Of a DNA stretch of 64,000 nucleotides, positions 54,265 through 62,376 are shown in pieces. A model generated the notes under the pieces. That model was not told the origin of the DNA, made no database searches, and was given only the letters and a program-made list of their open reading frames with translations. The stretch is from positions 5,536,001 through 5,600,000 of the forward strand of contig CAWAIF010000003.1 in the NCBI GenBank assembly GCA_963782055.1. Direction: 5' to 3'. The first letter of the stretch is position 1, and every line of letters starts with the position of its first letter. The translations under genes were made by a program, and so were the position numbers. The DNA comes from an uncultured delta proteobacterium (GTDB taxonomy: Bacteria; Myxococcota_A; Polyangia; Polyangiales; Polyangiaceae).

Positions 54265-54294
54265 TTGAGTTGCACCGCAAGCGGTGCGTATTCT
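54265..54294 (+). promoter_or_regulatory. Candidate promoter with a dyad operator in the spacer
   Basis: TTGAGT-18 nt-TATTCT; the spacer contains GCACCGC-AA-GCGGTGC; GGAGG RBS and GTG follow. Confidence 0.45.
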
Positions 54295-54317
54295 CGACGC
54301 TCACGCCGGAGGAACCC

Positions 54318-55172
54318 GTGGCCCAGCAACCCCCGTATCAGGGCGGCAACCGCCCCCAGCAGCCGATGCCCCAGGGCGCAGCCAAGTACGCCGACCTGCC
54401 GCAACACGCGCGCGAGCGTCTCGGACAGATGCGCGAGCGGCAGTTCTTCACCAGCGACCTCTCGGTGAACGAGTTCCTCCTCGTCAAGGAGGTGGGCTTT
54501 CACCCGGTGGGGCTGGTGCTCGGCAGCAGCATCTTCCACATCGGCTACCAGCTGGTGGGTTCCACCACCAACTGCGAGATGCAGCAGCTCACCCAGGCGC
54601 TCTACCAGGCGCGCGAGCTCGCGATGGTGCGCATGGAGGAGGAAGCGGACGCCCTCGGCGCCGACGGCATCGTCGGCGTGCGGCTGGACGTGCAGCTCCA
54701 CGCGTGGGGCTCCAACGTGGTGGAGTTCGTCGCCGTCGGCACCGCGGTCAAGCACGACCAGGGGCAGAACTGGCGCGCGCCCAACGGCAAGCCCTTCCAG
54801 TCCGACCTCTCCGGCCAGGACTTCTGGACGCTGCTGCGCGCCGGCTACCGCCCCCTCGGCTTCTGCATGGGCAACTGCGTCTACCACATCGGCAAGCAGG
54901 GCCTGATGGCGTGGCTGAAGGGCCCGCAGCAGGGCGAGATGCAGAACTACACCCAGGGCCTCTACGACGCGCGCGAGCTCGCGATGGAGCGCATGCAGTA
55001 CGAGGCGAACGAGCTCAACGCCGAGGGCATCGTCGGCGTGACCGTCGAGGAGAACAACCACACCTGGGACAACAACATCATCGAGTTCTCCGCCGTCGGC
55101 ACGGCGGTCGCGCCCATCTCGCGCGATCACAAGATCCCGGTCCCGTCCCTCATCCTCACCGTCAACGACTGA
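54318..55172 (+). CDS. Double YbjQ/UPF0145 (putative heavy-metal-binding) domain protein 1
   Basis: FTSDLSVNEF...ARELAMVRMEEEA..LGADGIVGV..EFVAVGTAV, repeated as FQSDLSGQDFW...GTAV. Confidence 0.88.
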   Translation: MAQQPPYQGGNRPQQPMPQGAAKYADLPQHARERLGQMRERQFFTSDLSVNEFLLVKEVGFHPVGLVLGSSIFHIGYQLVGSTTNCEMQQLTQALYQARELAMVRMEEEADALGADGIVGVRLDVQLHAWGSNVVEFVAVGTAVKHDQGQNWRAPNGKPFQSDLSGQDFWTLLRAGYRPLGFCMGNCVYHIGKQGLMAWLKGPQQGEMQNYTQGLYDARELAMERMQYEANELNAEGIVGVTVEENNHTWDNNIIEFSAVGTAVAPISRDHKIPVPSLILTVND

Positions 55173-55187
55173 GCGGAGGAGGCTTCG

Positions 55188-56195
55188 ATGTCGCAGAAGA
55201 TGCCCTTCGATCTCGGTCAGAGCCTGCAGCACGTGCGGGCCGGCGGGCTGCCCATCCGCGCGCAGATGCGCCTCGCGGACGAGGCGGGCCCCAACAAGCG
55301 CCTCTTCACCAGCGACCTGTCGGTGAGCGAGTTCCTCCTCGTCGAGGAGAGCAAGGCGCGCCCCATCTCGCAGGTGATGGGCAGCAGCATCTATCACATC
55401 GGCGTCGTCGCCGATTACAAGGGCGGCGGGGATCAGATCTACGAGATCAAGACGCTCTCCGACGGCCACCGCGCGGCGCGCCGCCACGCGCTCTCGCGCC
55501 TCTTCCAGGAGGCGCAGATCGTCGGCGCCGACGCCGTCGTCGGCGTGCGGCTGCGCGAGCGCATGATCACGATGGGCCGCCACGGCAAGGGCGGCGACGA
55601 CGGCGGCGAGGTCATCGAGTTCACCGCCGTGGGCACGGCGATCGACGCCAACTGGATCACCCACCCGCCGAACCAGCCGGTCATCACCGACCTCTCCGGC
55701 CAGGAGCTCTGGGCCCTCCGGCAGGACGGCTTCGAGCCGTGCGGCTTCATCTTCGACTTCTGCCGCTACCACGTCTGGCACGTGCTCAAGGACTGGACGT
55801 CGGGCAGCGGCGAGGTGACCACCGCGATGCGGGCGATCGACCTCGCCCGCAAGGCGGTCGAGGCCAAGCTGGAGAAGCAGGCGGCGCACTTCCAGTCGGA
55901 GTTCGTCGTCGGGTCGGACGTCAAGATCGACATCCACGAGGTGCCGTGCGGGTGGGAGGGCTGCAAGCTCAACGACCTGGACGTGGACGTGAGCTGGTTC
56001 GGCACCGGCGTGCGGCGCGTCCCCCACTTCGAGCCGCCGGAGCACCCCAAGGCGCCCGCGCTCATCCTCTCGATGATGCCGCTCGGTCGCCGCAAGGACG
56101 AGGTCCTGGAGGACGAGGAGGACGAGGTGGCGGAGATGGCGCGCGAGGCGGAGAAGGAAGCGGCCGAGGAAGACGACGACGGAGGGCGCGAATGA
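55188..56195 (+). CDS. Double YbjQ domain protein 2, acidic C-terminal tail
   Basis: FTSDLSVSEF, GADAVVGV, EFTAVGTA and TDLSGQELW; GGAGG RBS. Confidence 0.85.
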   Translation: MSQKMPFDLGQSLQHVRAGGLPIRAQMRLADEAGPNKRLFTSDLSVSEFLLVEESKARPISQVMGSSIYHIGVVADYKGGGDQIYEIKTLSDGHRAARRHALSRLFQEAQIVGADAVVGVRLRERMITMGRHGKGGDDGGEVIEFTAVGTAIDANWITHPPNQPVITDLSGQELWALRQDGFEPCGFIFDFCRYHVWHVLKDWTSGSGEVTTAMRAIDLARKAVEAKLEKQAAHFQSEFVVGSDVKIDIHEVPCGWEGCKLNDLDVDVSWFGTGVRRVPHFEPPEHPKAPALILSMMPLGRRKDEVLEDEEDEVAEMAREAEKEAAEEDDDGGRE

Positions 56196-57193
56196 GCCAG
56201 CAACGTCCGCCGGGCGGGCCGCAGAACCCGCAGAACCCGCAGCAGTACGCCCAAGGTCACCCCTACGCGCCGCAGTCCGGCGTGTCCGCGCCGTACGCGC
56301 AGCAGCAGCGCGGGCCGGGCAACTACCCGCCTCCGCCCGCCGCGCCGGAGGGCTTCGCGCCCATGCCGGCCGATTTGCCGCAGCACGCGCGCGAGCGCCT
56401 CGTCGAGATGCGGCAGCGCCACCTGTTCACCAGCGACCTCTCGGTGAACGAGTTCCTCCTCATCAAGGAGGCGGGCTTCGACCCCCTCGGCCTGGTGATG
56501 GGCAGCTCCGTCTACCAGATGCAGCCGCGCATTCCCCAGATGTCGTACGGCGAGTACGGCACCGAGGTGGGCTGGATGTCGCACGCGCTCTACCACTCGC
56601 GCCAGCTCGCCATGAACCGCATGGAAGAGGAGGCCGACCAGCTCGGCGCGGACGGCATCGTCGGCGTGTGGCTGGACGTGAAGATGCACGCCTTCGGCAA
56701 GGGCATCCTGGAGTTCATGGCGGTGGGGACGGCGATCAAGCACCGTCACGGACACCCGTACCGCAACAAGCACGGCAAGCCCTTCCAGTCCGACCTCTCC
56801 GGTCAGGACTTCTGGACGCTCATCAAGGCCGGCTACAGGCCCTGCGGCTTCTGCATGGGCAACTGCGTCGCGTACGTCCCGCCGGAGACCCTCGGCCAGA
56901 TCGGCGGCGACAACCGCGAGCTCGCCGAGTACACGCACGTCATGTACGACGCCCGCGAGCTCGCCATCGGCCGCCTCCAGTACGAGGCGGAGACCCTCGG
57001 CGCCGAGGGCATCGTCGGCGTCACCGTCGAGGAGAAGGAGCACAGCTGGGGCGGCGCGGGCCGCTACGACGGCAACGCCGCGCTCTACAACGGCGAGCTC
57101 ATCGAGCTCTTCGTCGTGGGCACCGCCGTCGTCCGCTTCGACGAGGCCGGCGCCCTCCCCCCCGTGACCCTGGCCGTCCCGCTGGACACGTGA
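56192..57193 (+). CDS. Double YbjQ domain protein 3, P/Q-rich N-terminus
   Basis: ATGA overlap; ADLPQHARERL, FTSDLSVNEF and FQSDLSGQDFW. Confidence 0.88.
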   Translation: MSQQRPPGGPQNPQNPQQYAQGHPYAPQSGVSAPYAQQQRGPGNYPPPPAAPEGFAPMPADLPQHARERLVEMRQRHLFTSDLSVNEFLLIKEAGFDPLGLVMGSSVYQMQPRIPQMSYGEYGTEVGWMSHALYHSRQLAMNRMEEEADQLGADGIVGVWLDVKMHAFGKGILEFMAVGTAIKHRHGHPYRNKHGKPFQSDLSGQDFWTLIKAGYRPCGFCMGNCVAYVPPETLGQIGGDNRELAEYTHVMYDARELAIGRLQYEAETLGAEGIVGVTVEEKEHSWGGAGRYDGNAALYNGELIELFVVGTAVVRFDEAGALPPVTLAVPLDT

Positions 57194-57200
57194 GGTTCTG

Positions 57201-58025
57201 ATGCCCATCACCCAACGATCCGAGCCCGCCCTCAGCGACCTCTCCGTCACCGAATTTCTCACCCTCTCGCGCGCGGGCTTCCTGCCGATGGGCATGGTCA
57301 TCGGCACCAGCGTCTACGACGCAGGCTTCGCCGGCCCGTGGGGGCAGACGCGTGAGGTCACCGCCCTGAGCAACGCCATGCACAAGGCGCGGCACCTGGC
57401 GGTTGCGCGCATGCGCGATCAGGCCAAGGGCCACGGCGCCGAGGGCGTCGTCGGCGTCCGCCTGCAGGTCGAGCACCACGTCTGGCGCGGCGGCCACAAC
57501 GTCGCCAAGTTCGTGGCGCTCGGCACCGCCGTCGCGTTCGACCGCGAGCACGCCCCCCAGAAGCTGAAGCACGCCCCGAGCCTTCTGCTCGCCAAGGGGC
57601 GCCCCTTCACCTCCGACCTCTCCGGCCAGGACTTCATCACGCTGCTGCGCGCGGGCTTTCGCCCGGTGGAGCTGGCGATGGGGAGCTGCGTCTACGAGAT
57701 CAACGGCGCCTACTTCGGCACCTACCTGATGGGGAACAACTGGCAGGCCGAGGAGATGGTCCAGTACACGCAGGCCTTCTTCAACGCGCGCGAGGCGGCG
57801 ATGGAGCGCCTCACCGACGACCTGCACCGCGACCACCCGAAGAACAGCCCCGACGCCCCCTCCGGCATCGTGGGCGTCACGGTGGAGGAGAAGGTGCACC
57901 CCGGGCTGAACTTCGTCGTGGAGTACAGCGCCATCGGCACCGCCATCGCGCCCATCGCGCCGGACGACCCGCGCCGCGCCGCGCAGCTGCCCAACCCGAC
58001 CATCGTCGTCCCGCTGGACCGCTAG
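57201..58025 (+). CDS. Double YbjQ domain protein 4
   Basis: LSDLSVTEF, GAEGVVGV, FTSDLSGQDF and EYSAIGTAI. Confidence 0.88.
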   Translation: MPITQRSEPALSDLSVTEFLTLSRAGFLPMGMVIGTSVYDAGFAGPWGQTREVTALSNAMHKARHLAVARMRDQAKGHGAEGVVGVRLQVEHHVWRGGHNVAKFVALGTAVAFDREHAPQKLKHAPSLLLAKGRPFTSDLSGQDFITLLRAGFRPVELAMGSCVYEINGAYFGTYLMGNNWQAEEMVQYTQAFFNAREAAMERLTDDLHRDHPKNSPDAPSGIVGVTVEEKVHPGLNFVVEYSAIGTAIAPIAPDDPRRAAQLPNPTIVVPLDR

Positions 58026-58075
58026 CCGCCGACGCGGCGGGGCACGCGCCGCCTCGTGCTACCTTCCGGCGCCTC

Positions 58076-59602
58076 ATGGCGTCGAGCGTCCAGCACTTCG
58101 ATGACCTGGTCATCGGCTCGGGCATGGCGGGTCTGTCCGTCGCCGGGCTGCTCGCCCGGGCGGGGCGTCGCGTCGTGGTGCTCGAGGCGCACGACACGCC
58201 GGGAGGGTACGCGCACAGCTTCCGGATGAAGGAGTACCGCTTCTGCGCCCAGGTGCACTACCTCTTCAACTGCGGCGAGGGGGAGAGCGTCCACAACCTG
58301 CTGAGCAAGCTGGGCGTGGAGAAGGACGTCCCCTTCTTGCGGCTCGATCCCGAGGGCTTCGACCAGGTGGTGGTCGCGGGGGACCGGGTGCGCATCCCCA
58401 ACGGCCTGCGCAAGTTCCTCGGCCGGCTCCTGCGGCGCTTCCCGGAGGCGGAGCGGCCGCTGCGACGCTACTTCGACGTCGTCGCCCTCCTGGGCGCCGA
58501 GCTCGATCGCCTGGCGATGCCCGCGGGCCTGTCCATCGAGGCCGTCCGCGCGGCGGTCCGCGCGCGCCACGTGATCCGCTACCGGAGCTGGACGCTCCAG
58601 GACCTCTACGACCACGTGCACATGCCGCCGCGGCTGCGGGCGATCCTGGCCGGCCAGTGCGGCGACTACCTGTTGCCCCCGCGCGACGTCTCCCTGCTGC
58701 TGCACGTGGCCCTCGTCACCCTCTACGATCGCGGCGCCTATTACCCCGAGCACCACTACGGTCACTTCGTCGACACCCTCGCCGGGGTCGTGCGGCGCGC
58801 GCCCGGCTGCGCGCTCTTGCTCGAGCACGAGGTCGACCGGATCCACACCGACGGGAGGCGCGTCACCGGCGTCAGCACCACCCACGGCGCGCGCTTCACG
58901 GCGAGCCGCTACGTCTCCAACGCCGACCCGCGGCTGACCGCGCGGCTCGCGGGCCTCGACCGCCTGGAGGGCGGCCGGCGGCGGGGCGACTACGCCTACT
59001 CGTGCGGGACCTTCACCATGTACCTGGGCCTCCGCGGCCTGGACCTGCGCGAGCACGGCTTCGGCTCCTTCAACGTGTGGCACTACCCCCACGAGGACAT
59101 CAACCGCGTCTACGACGACCAGCTCCTGCGCCACGATCTCTCCGACCCGTGGCTCTTCCTCTCCACGCCGACGCTCCACTCCGACGCACCGGGGATCTGC
59201 CCGCCAAAAGACCAGATCCTGGAGGTCGCCACCGCGGCCGACCACGCGCACTTCGCCGCCCTGCGACGACGGGACCGGCGCGCGTACAACGTGGAGAAGA
59301 AGCGGATCCGCGAGCGCATCCTGGACGTCCTCGACGCCCGGTACGTGCCGGGCATTCGCGATCACCTCGTCATGCGCGTCACCGGCACGCCGGCGACCAA
59401 CGCCCGCTTCGTGCGCGCGCCGGAGGGCAACTCCTACGGCTCGGCGCTCACGCCCCAGAACGTCGGCCCGCACCGCCGGCCCTTCCGCTCGCGCCTGGAC
59501 AACCTCTGGCTGGCGAACGCGACCGCCGGCTTCCCGAGCGTGGCAGGGGCGATCGGCGCGGGGATACGCCTGTACGAGGAGCTGACGGGGGATCGCGTCT
59601 GA
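58076..59602 (+). CDS. Phytoene desaturase/retinol saturase-like FAD oxidoreductase
   Basis: IGSGMAGL, LEAHDTPGGYAHSF, YYP, VSNADP and TP.TN.RF...PEGNSYG. Confidence 0.88.
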   Translation: MASSVQHFDDLVIGSGMAGLSVAGLLARAGRRVVVLEAHDTPGGYAHSFRMKEYRFCAQVHYLFNCGEGESVHNLLSKLGVEKDVPFLRLDPEGFDQVVVAGDRVRIPNGLRKFLGRLLRRFPEAERPLRRYFDVVALLGAELDRLAMPAGLSIEAVRAAVRARHVIRYRSWTLQDLYDHVHMPPRLRAILAGQCGDYLLPPRDVSLLLHVALVTLYDRGAYYPEHHYGHFVDTLAGVVRRAPGCALLLEHEVDRIHTDGRRVTGVSTTHGARFTASRYVSNADPRLTARLAGLDRLEGGRRRGDYAYSCGTFTMYLGLRGLDLREHGFGSFNVWHYPHEDINRVYDDQLLRHDLSDPWLFLSTPTLHSDAPGICPPKDQILEVATAADHAHFAALRRRDRRAYNVEKKRIRERILDVLDARYVPGIRDHLVMRVTGTPATNARFVRAPEGNSYGSALTPQNVGPHRRPFRSRLDNLWLANATAGFPSVAGAIGAGIRLYEELTGDRV

Positions 59603-59765
59603 GGGGGGGCCCCTCCCGCGTCATGCTCGGGCTCGTGCTCGCTCGCGCGCGCGCCGCCCACATGTGCGGCATACACGGACTGCGGCACGCACGCGAGCTT
59701 GCGCGCGAGCCCTGCGCGTGACGCCCCTCCCCACGGTGTCGCGCTCCGCGCGCCACACGGGGAGG
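59603..59765 (+). repeat. Left copy of ~165-bp inverted repeat
   Basis: TGCTCGGGCTCGTGCTCGCTC...GAGCTTGCGCGCGAGCCCTGCGCG...GGTGTCGCGCTCCGCGCGCCACACGGGGAGG matches the reverse complement of 60797-60960. Confidence 0.9.
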
Positions 59766-59850
59766 GTGGTGCGCTGCCGGTGCGTCCCTCGAACGAGCGG
59801 AGGGCGTCCGATGAAGAGAGCACCGGCTCGGGCGCACGCTATGCTCGGAC

Positions 59851-60762
59851 ATGCGCCTGACGAGAGGGATCTCGGGAGCGGGGCTCGCGTGCGCGGTGGT
59901 CCTCGCGGGCTGCGGCGGCAAGGTGTTCCCGGACGCGGCGGACGCGAGCGGGAGCCCGGACGCCGGAGTCTCCGACGCCGCCGTCGACCATGACGCCACC
60001 GCGACGTGCCCGCCCTTCCAGACGCTCTGCGGGGGCGTGTGCGCCGACCTCGCCATCAACCCGAGCCACTGCGGCTCCTGCGCGATCGCCTGCGGCATGG
60101 CGAAGCTGTGCGTCCAGGGCAAATGCATGGGCGACTGCCCGCCGGGTCAGACCCCATGCGGGGACACCTGCGTCGACACCTCGTCCGACCCGAACGATTG
60201 CGGCCAGTGCGGTCACGCGTGCGGCGGGGGCTTCGCCTGCGTGAACGGCGCCTGCACCCTCGTGTGCGACGCCGACGCCGGTCTGACGGAGTGCAACGGG
60301 CAGTGCGTCGACACGAGCACCGACCCGAAGAACTGCGGGGCGTGCAACAGCCCGTGCATCGGGACGTGCTCCGGCGGCGTGTGCGGCGGCGGCGGCGTCT
60401 TCGTGGCGAAGCTCGGGGCGCAGTCCTTCTACAAGGTGCAGGTCAGCGGCACGATGAGCGACACCAACGTCCTCGACGCGTGCAAGGGCGCCGGCATGAC
60501 CGTCGGCTGCTCCGCGCAATCCTGCCCGCAGTACACCGACAACCTGTGCGTCCAGACGCAGGAGAGCTCCTGCGGCAACCCCATGCTCGACCTCGCGAAG
60601 GCCATCGGGTGCTCCACCCCGGCGACCTGCCCGCAGCTCGCCGGCGTCTACCAGTACATGGGGCAGAAGTGGCAGAGCGGCTCGGCGTGCGGCGCCGACG
60701 GAGGCCAGTGGTGCGCGGTCGGCGACCAGCACTCCGACCGCTGGGCCCTCTGCGTGCAGTGA
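59851..60762 (+). CDS. Cys-rich repeat lipoprotein (Stig1/MXAN_6577-like repeats)
   Basis: LAGC lipobox; three C..C.D...DP..CG.C...C repeats and a Cys-rich C-terminal domain. Confidence 0.85.
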   Translation: MRLTRGISGAGLACAVVLAGCGGKVFPDAADASGSPDAGVSDAAVDHDATATCPPFQTLCGGVCADLAINPSHCGSCAIACGMAKLCVQGKCMGDCPPGQTPCGDTCVDTSSDPNDCGQCGHACGGGFACVNGACTLVCDADAGLTECNGQCVDTSTDPKNCGACNSPCIGTCSGGVCGGGGVFVAKLGAQSFYKVQVSGTMSDTNVLDACKGAGMTVGCSAQSCPQYTDNLCVQTQESSCGNPMLDLAKAIGCSTPATCPQLAGVYQYMGQKWQSGSACGADGGQWCAVGDQHSDRWALCVQ

Positions 60763-60796
60763 TCCCCGCCGAGGTCGGTGCCGGACGGGACCCCCT

Positions 60797-60960
60797 CCTC
60801 CCCGTGTGGCGCGCGGAGCGCGACACCTTGGGGAGGACGCGTGCGCGCAGGGCTCGCGCGCAAGCTCTCGTGCGCGCCGGACCCCGTGCATCATGCACAT
60901 GTCGGGCGGCGCGCGCGAGAGCGAGCACGAGCCCGAGCACACGCGAGGAGGGGCAGCCCC
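60797..60960 (-). repeat. Right copy of ~165-bp inverted repeat
   Basis: Reverse complement of 59603-59765 with scattered mismatches and small indels. Confidence 0.9.
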
Positions 60961-60982
60961 CCTTCTCCCTCTCCCTCGCTCC

Positions 60983-62341
60983 CTAGTACCGCGGCTCGGT
61001 CGTGATCCCCGTGTGCGTCGGCGCCGGCTTCGGGTGGTACCAGTAGTGGCGCACTCGCTTCACCACGTGCTTCTTCCCCGCGTCCAGCGTGGGCGTGACC
61101 CCGTCGATGTCCAGCACCGTCGTGCTCTGCACGGTGACGGGCGCGGCCGACGGCACCGGCGCGGTCTCCGCAGGCGCCGGGTCCACCGAGGGCTGCGGCG
61201 CCGCCGCCGCTGCCGCCGACGATGAGGCAGGCAGCGCGCCGAGAGGCCGGGAGGGCTCGCTGCGGAAGACGAAGACCATCGCCACGGCGGCGGCCACCAC
61301 CGCGAAGAGCGCGAACCCGAGCCCCACGCGCGACGCCGCCGAGCCGACGCGCGTGTGCGTCGCCGCCGTCACCGCCGTCTCCGTCGGCACCGCGACGTGG
61401 CCGCCGTGGACGATGGGCAGCGCCCGCGGGGCCTCCGTCGCCGGGCCGAGCGCCCGCCACGCGCGCTGCATCTCCAGCGCGTCGGCGAAGCGGTCCCCCG
61501 ACTTGCGCGAGAGGCACCGCGCGAGCAGCGCGTCCAGCCCGGCGGGGATCATCGTCTGCGTGCAGTCGCGCACGCGCATCGCGTGCCCCTCCAGCTTCGC
61601 CGCGAGGATCGCCATCTGACCCTGCGCCTCGTAGGCGACGCGGCCGCAGAGCATCTCGAAGGCGACCATCGCCAGCGCGTAGAGGTCCGCCCGGCCGTCC
61701 ACGTCCGAGGCGCCGCGGATCTGCTCCGGCGCCATGTACGAGACGGTGCCTACCGACTCGCCGGTGATGGTGAGCTTCTCGCCGTCGCTCTGGTCCAGCT
61801 TGCAGACGCCGAAGTCCAGGATCATCGCGCGCTCGGTCTGCGGCGCGGGCGGCGGCGGCGCGGATGGGTCCAGCACGCCGGCGGGGAGGGTGGGCGCCTC
61901 CCCCTGGTCCAGGAAGATGTTGCCCGGCTTCAGGTCGCGGTGCACGACGCCGGCGGCGTGGGCGTCCGCCAGCCCGGAGAGCGCGTCGTCCACGATGCGC
62001 CGCACCTCGTCCCACGGGAGCACCGGCCGCACGCGCAGCCGCTCGGAGAGGGACTGGCCGTGGAGGCGGCGCATCACCAGGAAGAGCTCGCCGTCCTGCG
62101 TGCGGTCGATCTCGTAGACCTCCGGCACGAAGAGGCTCTTGATGCGCCGCGCGGCGACGGCCTCGCGCTCCAGGCGCGCCATCAGCGTGTCGTCCACCAC
62201 GGTGCGGCTGACCACCTTGATGGCCACCTCCGCGCCGTCGTACGTCCGCTTCGCGGCGAACACCTCCCCCATCCCGCCGCGTCCGATGCTGGACACGAGC
62301 AGGTATTTGCCCCGCAGGAGGGCGCCGGGCTGGAGTTGCAC
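60983..62341 (-). CDS. Membrane-anchored Ser/Thr protein kinase
   Basis: IGRGGMG, VAIK, HRDLKPGN, DFG and GTVSYMAPE; one TM; GTG start inferred. Confidence 0.92.
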   Translation of the reverse strand: MQLQPGALLRGKYLLVSSIGRGGMGEVFAAKRTYDGAEVAIKVVSRTVVDDTLMARLEREAVAARRIKSLFVPEVYEIDRTQDGELFLVMRRLHGQSLSERLRVRPVLPWDEVRRIVDDALSGLADAHAAGVVHRDLKPGNIFLDQGEAPTLPAGVLDPSAPPPPAPQTERAMILDFGVCKLDQSDGEKLTITGESVGTVSYMAPEQIRGASDVDGRADLYALAMVAFEMLCGRVAYEAQGQMAILAAKLEGHAMRVRDCTQTMIPAGLDALLARCLSRKSGDRFADALEMQRAWRALGPATEAPRALPIVHGGHVAVPTETAVTAATHTRVGSAASRVGLGFALFAVVAAAVAMVFVFRSEPSRPLGALPASSSAAAAAAPQPSVDPAPAETAPVPSAAPVTVQSTTVLDIDGVTPTLDAGKKHVVKRVRHYWYHPKPAPTHTGITTEPRY

Positions 62342-62376
62342 GCGGGTAATGTAGCAAAAAGTGGGCGCCCCGGGCT

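Noticed and set aside
52815..56045. N-terminal ~1075 aa of the 1509-aa minus-strand ORF
   Set aside because: Antisense to the AgmX/PglI-like and YbjQ genes; only the lipoprotein part (51516-52814) looks real.
54284..56191. 969-aa ORF as one giant YbjQ protein
   Set aside because: The upstream part is an off-frame overlap of genes 1 and 2; the real start is the ATG at 56192.
58076..59602. Carotenoid or hopanoid biosynthesis cluster
   Set aside because: A lone CrtI-like oxidoreductase with no synthase or cyclase neighbours; its substrate cannot be assigned.
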